Positions 11,296 through 18,924 of a DNA stretch of 64,000 bases are shown here, piece after piece. Both the position numbers and the translations under genes were made by a program. Where the stretch lies: positions 1 to 64,000 of IMG/VR virus record IMGVR_UViG_3300003155_000119. One strand, written 5' to 3'. Each line of letters begins with the position of its first letter. Position 1 is the first letter of the stretch. This DNA comes from a virus. Taxonomy: Duplodnaviria; Caudoviricetes. The notes beneath the pieces were generated by a model that did not search any database, had not been told where the DNA came from, and was given only the letters and a program-made list of their open reading frames with translations.

Positions 11296-11577
11296 TCAAA
11301 AAATATTCCAACCAAAAGGCCAATAGTCTGCTTTCGTTTTGAGGCAATTATTTTTATCAAAGTAATACTTCCCGGGCTTATTAAAATTACCTTCTGCAAT
11401 AGTAGTAGAATAATAATCTTGGTCAATGTGCTTAAGCATCCAATTCAGAATATTTGCGTCAAAGGAATTTTCAATAGTGAAGTACCCACTCTCCTGATGG
11501 AGCATCAAATACTTTTCAATGTCATTCAAATCATTGCAAGGAAGCTCTTCATCCATCCAAGTGTAAAATTTAATCAT
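11296..11577 (-). CDS. hypothetical protein
   Basis: AGGAG SD; ATG overlaps the upstream TAA (TAATG coupling). Confidence 0.65.
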   Translation of the reverse strand: MIKFYTWMDEELPCNDLNDIEKYLMLHQESGYFTIENSFDANILNWMLKHIDQDYYSTTIAEGNFNKPGKYYFDKNNCLKTKADYWPFGWNIF

Positions 11578-11705
11578 TAGTCCCACTCCTTTTTATTCTT
11601 GAATTTCTGTCTGTTATATGCGGTTTTAGGTGTGAAACGTACGGGACGCAATACAGGCAACCTTACATGAGCTTTGCCGCATTTCTTTTTGCTATTATTC
11701 TTCAT
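11577..11705 (-). CDS. 42-aa very basic peptide, loosely ArfA-like (...RPVRFTPKTAYNRQKFK...)
   Basis: AAGGAGG SD, ATG 11705, TAA coupled to the next gene; below the ORF-track size cutoff. Confidence 0.6.
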   Translation of the reverse strand: MKNNSKKKCGKAHVRLPVLRPVRFTPKTAYNRQKFKNKKEWD

Positions 11706-11730
11706 CCCGGTTTCCTCCTTACATTCAATA

Positions 11731-12177
11731 TTATATCACACAAGGTTCAAATTTGTCAATGCCTTTTATTTCTTTTTTCTCAATAATATTAGCTCTAAGA
11801 GTCTCTTTCCATGGAGTTGTTTCTTTTACTAAATCAGCCAGCTCCCAAGCAGAATATTTGAAACTTTTTTCAACAATAGTCTTAATACATTCAAACAAAT
11901 CATTATTGATATGAATATAATTTTTAGCTACTACGGGGTCATCAATATTAATAGGGGAGCCAATATAGCAACAAAAATCATTATACAAATCGCGGACAGA
12001 TGCGCCAAAACGCCATGCTTCTATATCGTCTTCAAAAGCTGGTTTGTCAAATTTTTTAAGACTTGCCGCTTGAATATAATACAGGACTTGCTGCAATTTT
12101 AAGTTGGTAATTCCTTTGCCTTTTGCTTCATATAAACGAATTACAACCGAGGCAATTTGATGCGCTGTATAAGTCAT
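11731..12177 (-). CDS. Panacea (DUF4065/SocA/GepA-like) antitoxin-domain protein
   Basis: ITNLKLQQVLYYIQA...FEDDIEAWRFG...SAWELADL...PW resembles the family signature. Confidence 0.8.
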   Translation of the reverse strand: MTYTAHQIASVVIRLYEAKGKGITNLKLQQVLYYIQAASLKKFDKPAFEDDIEAWRFGASVRDLYNDFCCYIGSPINIDDPVVAKNYIHINNDLFECIKTIVEKSFKYSAWELADLVKETTPWKETLRANIIEKKEIKGIDKFEPCVI

Positions 12178-12246
12178 TTTATTTCCTCCTTACGCATTCA
12201 TTATACCACCACAAAGGAACTTTGTCAATACCTGTTTGAAAATTTT

Positions 12247-12441
12247 TTATGCAAGCGGATAAGCAAATGCTCCTATGCCATGCAGAACGACGAATCCCAA
12301 CGCAACAAAAGCAAAAACCATAACAAAATTGCGCTTGGTCCCGTCCATGCTAAAAAGGGACGCAATACAAATGAGCGTTAAGACGGCGGCTGCCACACAA
12401 ACAATCAAAAAGCCAATAGAAGAAAGAATAGTGAGGAACAT
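12247..12441 (-). CDS. small two-TM membrane protein
   Basis: Two hydrophobic segments, SD, own promoter. Confidence 0.6.
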   Translation of the reverse strand: MFLTILSSIGFLIVCVAAAVLTLICIASLFSMDGTKRNFVMVFAFVALGFVVLHGIGAFAYPLA

Positions 12442-12753
12442 AGTAGAAACTCCTTTCAAATTGCGGTCTAGTGGTTTTTGGCCGCCTTCAGTATCTATAT
12501 TATATCACAGTCTAGTATCTTTGTCTATTGTCAGGGCGCACAAACATTTGTTTGTTTCAAGATTTTATTTTGGCGATTTGACTATTGATTTTCGTTTCAA
12601 AATGTGGTATAATAGACTGGGGTGCGCCTAAAACGGGAGTTAGTGGGCGCTAACAATAGCAACTCACTACAATACATCTAAACGCGGTTCATGAAATACT
12701 CGGAACTAAATCCTTTTTTTACATGCCGCTTTTTTATTTATTTATTTATTTGT

Positions 12754-12927
12754 TTACTTTTCTTTAGGAATGTAAAGAGTAACAACAATATTTGCGGCGG
12801 TGGCATTTCGGCGTTTGGCGGCTTTAATTGCTTCGATGGGAGACTCGTACCAACCGCGCATAACGACGGGCCGCGCAATTCCTTTTTCGTTTTTAATAGT
12901 GAAATAAATGTTGTATTTCTTTTCCAT
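12754..12927 (-). CDS. hypothetical small protein
   Basis: MEKKYNIYF... start within the longer ORF-track frame. Confidence 0.5.
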   Translation of the reverse strand: MEKKYNIYFTIKNEKGIARPVVMRGWYESPIEAIKAAKRRNATAANIVVTLYIPKEK

Positions 12928-12928
12928 G

Positions 12929-13084
12929 CTAGAACCCCCAAACATTATTGATGATTGCATCCTTCTTGTTGTTGACGAAAATAATAAAAGCAGAAAGCTC
13001 GTCTTTATTGCCGAAGAGTTGCACATTTTTGCGAATCTGATTCGCGTTATAATCTTTGTACGAATATTCAACATGATAAACCAT
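12929..13084 (-). CDS. hypothetical small protein (ends at TAG, or about 12 codons later if read through)
   Basis: MVYHVEYSYKD... ORF in the early cluster. Confidence 0.45.
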   Translation of the reverse strand: MVYHVEYSYKDYNANQIRKNVQLFGNKDELSAFIIFVNNKKDAIINNVWGF

Positions 13085-13142
13085 AATTAAAAATCGCGTG
13101 ATAAAGTATGCGCGCCCCACTCTATATAGAAAGAGGTATTTG

Positions 13143-13442
13143 TTAATGTCCAATAGAAAGAAGATAATAGCTTCCACTATCAGTGTTTATACAAACCAGC
13201 TCAACAACGAAGTTCTCAGAGTTAAGATACCCCAAAATCACTTGCGGAATAGCCTCAGCTTCAATCTCAGCAAACCCCCATTCAACGTAATCAAGAGTGC
13301 CCTCCTCAATGATATCAGGAGCGACAGGAGACCAAACGAAACGTTTCCCACTCTTACTCCCTGCCTTCTGAATCAGACGGTCAAGGCCGCTCATAATAGA
13401 GGACAAATTCTCCAGAAAAGTTTCATATGCTTCAAAAGCCAT
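13143..13442 (-). CDS. hypothetical protein
   Basis: GGGAGG SD before MAFEAY. Confidence 0.6.
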   Translation of the reverse strand: MAFEAYETFLENLSSIMSGLDRLIQKAGSKSGKRFVWSPVAPDIIEEGTLDYVEWGFAEIEAEAIPQVILGYLNSENFVVELVCINTDSGSYYLLSIGH

Positions 13443-13830
13443 AATTAATCCTCCCCTCTTTATCATTAAACCAAGACTTTTCTTCGATAATATCGTGAAT
13501 CACCGAAGGAAGAATATAACAGCGAATAGTTACATCAGCAGAGCGAATGTTTGACATAAGAGTGACTGCATCTACGTCTATTTCGAGCTCCTGAAATGCC
13601 TCTCTGCACAGGTCAAGATTCGTCATGACTGCGGTAATGGCGTCTTCCTCGTCGCTGTAGTAGTATGCGTAAGACCCGTTACCAGTCACTCCCGATGCCC
13701 AAAACGCATCAGTAAGCCGCCACTCATAATCAGTCGCATCTTCGTCCTTGCGCGGCAAAAGTTTGTCATCCTCCTCGATTGCCTTCAGAACATCTTCTTT
13801 GACCGCATCATAATAATCATATTTTTCCAT
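13432..13830 (-). CDS. acidic early protein (VTGNxS / DVTIRCY motifs), possible DNA mimic
   Basis: Strongly D/E-rich 132 aa; own promoter and SD. Confidence 0.7.
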   Translation of the reverse strand: MEKYDYYDAVKEDVLKAIEEDDKLLPRKDEDATDYEWRLTDAFWASGVTGNGSYAYYYSDEEDAITAVMTNLDLCREAFQELEIDVDAVTLMSNIRSADVTIRCYILPSVIHDIIEEKSWFNDKEGRINYGF

Positions 13831-13960
13831 GCTATGTTACCTCTTTCCTATTGTTTCTCTCTGTTTCTATATATATTATATCATAAAATAGATTTTTTGT
13901 CAATAAGGAATTTTTTGCTTTGTCAAATGGCGTGATATGGTATGCGCCCCCACCTTCTCC

Positions 13961-14221
13961 TTAAAGGCAATCAGAATCGTTATAGAGCTCAGGGTCGCCA
14001 TTAGCGCGGGCTTCCTCCTCTGCCGTCATGGCTTCCTCTGCGTCCAGATAATCAATCTGCGCGTCGATGCGGTCAAGCAGATTTTCGCACATATTGAAGG
14101 CTTCCTCATCGTCCATGGTATCGAAAGCGCAGGCCAGACGATCGACCACACTCTTCATTGCGTACAGCTCCTCCATGGTCAGAGTATTCAGTTCTTCAAC
14201 GAAAGTCTTGTAGTTCATCAT
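13961..14221 (-). CDS. very acidic small helical protein
   Basis: D/E-rich 86 aa; GAGG SD; stacked promoters upstream. Confidence 0.7.
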   Translation of the reverse strand: MMNYKTFVEELNTLTMEELYAMKSVVDRLACAFDTMDDEEAFNMCENLLDRIDAQIDYLDAEEAMTAEEEARANGDPELYNDSDCL

Positions 14222-14566
14222 AGTTAGTACCTCTTTTTCTTGTCTTGGTGGATTTCCTATCCACGCTCTTATTATAACTCCAAGTGGTTATTCTGTCAAG
14301 CACTTTTTTATCTTTTTGTTTTTTATCTTTTGCTTGACCTCTTGTTGTTCCCTCCTTGCATTATCATTATACCACCACGCGGCAATTCTGTCAAGTCAAA
14401 TATTTTTCCTCTTTTGCCGCGCCTTTTGTACAATGCGCCAAGAGTTAGTGTAGACTAATTTAATGGGTTCTCTCCCTCCTGCGCCCTCTCCTTGCCGCCC
14501 TTCTGATATTAGTATAGCACAAAATGGAGCGAATGTCAATAGCAAAATGCAAAAAGAAAAGGGGCT

Positions 14567-14737
14567 TTACAGCCCCATCATATAATCTTCATAGGCTTCA
14601 GCTTCCGCCTGCGCCTCCTCAAACATTGCATCCTCCTTAGCCGCTTCCCAATATGCGGCCTTTGCGAAACGCCGACCAAAAGGATAAGTAATATCGAGCG
14701 CCATTACTTTCTGATTTGCCATGCTGAAGTGTTTCAT
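14567..14737 (-). CDS. hypothetical small protein (56 aa)
   Basis: AAAGGAG SD before MKHFSM; promoter ~14787-14815. Confidence 0.6.
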   Translation of the reverse strand: MKHFSMANQKVMALDITYPFGRRFAKAAYWEAAKEDAMFEEAQAEAEAYEDYMMGL

Positions 14738-14908
14738 AATATTATCTCCTTTGCTCTTGTGTGTGTTTTTCTTGTCTCTGTATACATTATAACTCCGCGG
14801 CAAGTATTTGTCAATAGGAAAAAAGAAAATTCTAGGGGTTGACTTTTCCCTCGCCGCATGGTATAATAAAAGCGTAGAAAGCAAACAGCCCTAAAATAAT
14901 AGGAGGAA

Positions 14909-15121
14909 ATAAAGACGAAGGCTATCGGCTATAAGAGCATCAGCAACGTGTTTGGTATTGCGGTTTATGAAGTGAATGATGAAATGGCGGTTGCGGCTTT
15001 CGTCCAGATGGATAAAGCAGACGCGCCCCGGCGGCACAAAATCTATTATAATAAGGATGGGAACGCCTACTTTAATCTCCATGGTTGCCGTCACTATCTG
15101 AAAGACTTCATGCGCATTTAA
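14909..15121 (+). CDS. hypothetical protein with ATA (non-ATG) start
   Basis: Plus-strand promoter and AGGAGG SD; open frame KTKAIGYK...GNAYFNLHGCRHYLKDFMRI; terminator after it. Confidence 0.55.
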   Translation: MKTKAIGYKSISNVFGIAVYEVNDEMAVAAFVQMDKADAPRRHKIYYNKDGNAYFNLHGCRHYLKDFMRI

Positions 15122-15234
15122 GAAGGGTGAAACCCCTTCTTTTTTCATTTTACCTATTGACTTCTCTTTTGCCGTGTGGTATAATATAACCAGAAAGAGA
15201 GAAACACTTAGAAGAAAAAGGAAGAGGTAGAATT

Positions 15235-15444
15235 ATGAAAAAGCTGAAAAAACTCATTATTGTTCGGTTCTCTATTGGAAAGGAAGAAGGCTGGTACCAG
15301 GAGTGCGAAGAGAAAGAATTTAACGAAGTTTTTCATGGGAGCATGGATGAGCTTATTAAGTATCATGAAGCGGCTGGCCATGAAGTGAAAAATATCGAAA
15401 TTCAAAAATGTTATCCTTCCATCCACGAAATGAACGAGGGCTGA
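15235..15444 (+). CDS. hypothetical protein (69 aa)
   Basis: Promoter ~15157-15185, GAGG SD, terminator overlapping the stop. Confidence 0.65.
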   Translation: MKKLKKLIIVRFSIGKEEGWYQECEEKEFNEVFHGSMDELIKYHEAAGHEVKNIEIQKCYPSIHEMNEG

Positions 15445-15799
15445 AAAGCCCTTGTTTTTATATCCATTAGTTAGTTAGCTTAAACTAACCGCACCTTACA
15501 ATAGCGAAAGAATTAGTTCTTTAATTATTCATCCCGGCGGGCCAAAAAACTAGTGTTCATGCGGCTTTTCGGGATTTAGTTACTTATCTAATTTGTACGC
15601 ATTTCAAAAATAAAAGTAGTTAGTTAGTCATGACTAACCAGCGCCGGGCCGCAACTATGATTATCTAAAATATAACAAAATAAGCCGCATTTCAGGAAGC
15701 GGCTTAACTTAATTAAGAACAACTTTTTGACGCATTTTTACACCAGTTAGTACGCGCTAACTAAGGCTCGGCTAAACTCTTTCGAGTTCAGCTTTCATT

Positions 15800-15982
15800 T
15801 CAATCATCGTTTAATGACGACTGCAAGAAGGTGCATAACTAGACCAGTTCACTTGAACCGCTTGTATCATCATGCGCGGATTCAGATAAAAATCCTGCTT
15901 TGGCCGCATTGATTAGTTCGCTTAAACTAACTGATGATAACAATATATCTAATGCACCATACTCCTTGGGAGTTAAACGCAT
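15800..15982 (-). CDS. hypothetical protein (60 aa, one internal TAG)
   Basis: Promoter ~16029-16057, AAAGGA SD, hairpin at ~15770-15792. Confidence 0.5.
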
Positions 15983-16071
15983 CAAATAATCGTCCTTTCT
16001 TTATTCTTTATTCTATTGTTACATCTTTATTATAGCAAATATTTTTATAAAAAGCAAGGCGGCAAGAAGTT

Positions 16072-16189
16072 TGTGCACTTCAAGATAGATTTTTTCTTAC
16101 CCCTAAAGGGACACAAAGTGCACATTTTATCTAAACAGAAAAATGTACCAAAATCTATTCCTTAGAGGTAGAAGTCAGTACATTTTTCT
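16072..16189. repeat. two adjacent inverted repeats, each followed by TTATC
   Basis: TGTGCACTT/AAGTGCACA (16072-16124) and AGAAAAATGTAC/GTACATTTTTCT (16137-16189). Confidence 0.7.
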
Positions 16190-16192
16190 TTA

Positions 16193-17068
16193 TCATAATT
16201 CATTTATTTTTGTTAGGCCTTTCCGCAATGCTTCAATATCTTTTTTAATATCAACAAGCATGATTCCTCTTTTTAAATTATATTCTGTAGTTCTAACAAT
16301 AATATAACCAGTTTCTTTCTTAAAAATATCAATAATGTTTTTGAATTTAGATTTATACTTTTCTATTAGAGCAGAATAAACATCTGTACCATTAACTTGA
16401 TTTAAATCAACAACTTCAGGTAACCCAAATAAATCTAACAAATAATTAGAAAAATCTAACATCTATTCTTCTGATTGCGGAAAGAAGTAATTCTTTAAGC
16501 ATTTATTGAATAGCTTTATTTCATCTGCACTTAAAGCTCTATATTCATTCTTTCCCTCTAACTTAATAGCCCAAACATAATTCTTTACTCCATAGATTCC
16601 TTCTGTTATCTCTATTAGCTCCTTAAAAGTATATTCCTTTTTGGGATTAATAGTTGTACCAAAATATTTGTCTGCTATTCTCTTTACTTTTGTAATGATA
16701 GACCTATCAGACAATAGTCCATAATCTTTTGAATATATTTCTTTTAATACGGACGCCATACCAGAAAAAGAATTCATTCTATAGTTTGTTTCATCTCTTT
16801 CCTCTATATTAAGCTATTCTTGTTTCTCTGCATCTGATAATCTATCATATAAATAAGACAATATTCTATAAGCATCAATCTAATACTTTTCGTACGTTGA
16901 GAATATTACTTCATCAATTACTATTTTCTTTCCCTCTAAATGATAATCACAAAAAGAATTAAATAGCTAGAGTCTTTTTTCCTTAGTATGTTTGATTGTA
17001 CTATATGAAATATTAAAAAATACAGCTAAATCTTTTAAAGTTAATTTATCGCCTTTTCTTATTTCCAT
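16193..17068 (-). CDS. paralog 6 of uncharacterised HTH-domain family (291 aa)
   Basis: GGAGG SD, MEIRKGDKLTLKDLAVFFNISYSTIK; 4 TAG read-throughs join ORFs 16463 and 16193; NSFSGMASVLKEIYSKDYG and YVWAIKLEG match paralog 1. Confidence 0.85.
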
Positions 17069-17102
17069 TTATTTTTCCTCCATATCTTTTATCAAAGGTG
17101 CG

Positions 17103-17451
17103 TTGTCACATTTTGCTTCATCCCTTGCCCCGTCTTGTTGCTATTATTCTGAAGCAAAATGTGACAAATAAGAACTTTGTTAGGTTTATTAAAGTTATAA
17201 AGAACTATAAGAGTTAGCAAGTCTAACAAAGTTCTTTGTCTATAGTTTTTTGTTGAGTCAGAAAAAGGTGCTGTTTTACTTCATCTCTTATAGTGTCATT
17301 TCTCTTCTAATGAAGTAAAACAGCACCTTTTTCTGCTCTATCATTTTAGAATATTGTCACATTTTGCTTCGTTATTTTTTCTGGTTAGATTTGGGTATTG
17401 ATTGTTAATCCTTTTATACTATGATAAACCTAGCAAACAATACCCAAATCT
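17103..17451. repeat. array of four different inverted repeats (14-26 bp arms, 25-39 nt spacers)
   Basis: 17103-17167, 17170-17236, 17259-17335, 17387-17451; extra copy of the first arm at 17354-17370. Confidence 0.9.
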
Positions 17452-17629
17452 GATTCATTACATTTTACTAAAATTGTACTTTTTTGCTTTTTAGTTCTCT
17501 TTCACTTATATATAAAAACACCATAAATCCTCTTAAATAAAAGCGCCCAAAGTCATCTAAGGAATCTTTGGATTGCGTCTAAATTGCAGAATAGGCTAAG
17601 GCCGCACATCCTTTAACATTACGTACTCT

Positions 17630-17712
17630 TTGCTCTTGTGGCGAACGAGCGGTAGCGAGTGAGCTAGCGAATGCGAGTGGTTTACCACGAGCATGAGCGA
17701 ATATGCCTAGTC
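17630..17712. other. GC-rich structured element resembling single-strand origin / primosome-assembly signals
   Basis: GCGAACGAGCGGTAGCGAGTGAGCTAGCGAATGCGAG contains two TAGCGA (CS-6-like) motifs in an AT-rich context. Confidence 0.4.
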
Positions 17713-17737
17713 TTAAGTATAATAAAAAGGCCAAGCC

Positions 17738-18016
17738 TTAAGCCTGACCATACTTCTGCATTAACTCTAGCAATACTTTACTTAGTTTTTCTCTTGTGAT
17801 AATTGCGTCCCTGGTTTCTATAAGCGCCTGGCCGCAATACACTAACACTTTATATCCGTCTATACTATTCTCTATCCAGATGCTAATAGAACTATTATTT
17901 AATTTATATTTCTTTACACTAACCCATGTATCATTACTTAAGTCGTAATTAGTACCTTCTATAAACAATAGATAATTATGAGTATTATTAGTATTAGTCA
18001 TATTATGGTTAATCAT
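17738..18016 (-). CDS. hypothetical protein
   Basis: AGGAGGT SD before MINHN; promoter ~18043-18070. Confidence 0.6.
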   Translation of the reverse strand: MINHNMTNTNNTHNYLLFIEGTNYDLSNDTWVSVKKYKLNNSSISIWIENSIDGYKVLVYCGQALIETRDAIITREKLSKVLLELMQKYGQA

Positions 18017-18302
18017 ATATATACCTCCTATATACTTACTTATTATACTATATCTTTTATCTATTGTCAAGAGATATGAAAGTATTTCATTTATCGATAA
18101 GTTATGTGAATTTACTTCATCATATGATTTAGTTATTTATTGAAATGAAGTTAGTGCAAGCTAACTAACTATTGTTAAGTCGGGCGGCTTTGTCTGTTAG
18201 CCGCCCGCTGAGCATGACTGACTACGGTAATGTACCGGGGGAGTATTTCGGGAAAAAAATAATTTAATTTAGTGAAAAGGGTTTTATCACGACAACTTCC
18301 TC

Positions 18303-18360
18303 ACAGAATTAAGTTTTGAAATCTAAAATCGGACAGAATTAAAATCTGAAATCTAAAATC
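18303..18360. repeat. 28-bp imperfect tandem repeat (ACAGAATTAA....TGAAATCTAAAATC) x2
   Basis: 18303-18330 and 18333-18360. Confidence 0.85.
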
Positions 18361-18361
18361 A

Positions 18362-18676
18362 TTAATTATTTGTTTCTTCTTTTCCGCGCCAATTAATAGT
18401 CAATTTATAAGTATCATAGCAGACAGATTCCCAATTATTTTTTGTAATAGAAACACAATACCCATTATTATTTAATACTTGTATAATAGCATCTATTTGA
18501 AATTTATTATACTCTTTCCCATTAAAATTAATAACAACAATATCATCACCTTTTTCCGCGGCCTTGTAGATTGTATCTTCTATTTTTTTATATCCTTCAG
18601 GCGGTACTGTGCTTAATTTTTCTTTATTCTTTTTAGTTATTTCATATGCAACTGATGCGTTCAAAAAATCAATCAT
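18362..18676 (-). CDS. hypothetical protein
   Basis: Intact 104-aa ORF. Confidence 0.6.
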   Translation of the reverse strand: MIDFLNASVAYEITKKNKEKLSTVPPEGYKKIEDTIYKAAEKGDDIVVINFNGKEYNKFQIDAIIQVLNNNGYCVSITKNNWESVCYDTYKLTINWRGKEETNN

Positions 18677-18924
18677 GCGCCAGGGCTCGTCTCAGCATCG
18701 TTAAGATGAGCCTCTCCACCTCCTTGTGTTTAGTTAAATTAGAAATTATGTGGTCCAGCCTCCTTCATTGTTAATATGCAATTTGCCGCTGCTTAAATGA
18801 GCTTTGGCATATTTCTTATTCTTTATTATTATAACATAACTTTTTAAAATCATCTATCTTAGCCGCTTGTATTGCGTAAAATTTTATGCTATACTAAATT
18901 TAAGAAGTAAAGGAGGTGATATGT

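Larger units (their letters stand above)
6463..16057. promoter_or_regulatory. dense set of consensus sigma-A (TTGACA-N17-TGnTATAAT) early promoters, mostly on the minus strand
   Basis: e.g. minus strand 6463-6491, 7441-7469, ~7695-7723, ~8245-8273, ~9328-9356, ~10050-10078, ~12200-12228, ~14272-14299; plus strand ~7617-7645, ~9527-9555, ~14839-14867. Confidence 0.8.
6323..18166. repeat. dispersed palindromic motif AGTTAG-N6-CTAAC, 8 copies
   Basis: Copies at 6323, 12638, 14443, 15473, 15622, 15745, 15915 (degenerate), 18149. Confidence 0.8.

Noticed and set aside
6389-15426. Many overlapping opposite-strand ORFs in the track (e.g. 7029, 7225, 8553, 9633, 13098, 13937, 14891)
   Set aside because: Shadows of real genes; they lack SD or promoter support and protein-like composition.
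17103-17451. CRISPR array
   Set aside because: Units are different inverted repeats, not identical direct repeats with spacers; no cas genes.
6323-18166. Integron attC cassette array
   Set aside because: Motif polarity is GTT...AAC within 18 bp rather than RYYYAAC...GTTRRRY over a long hairpin; sites do not follow each gene; no integrase seen.
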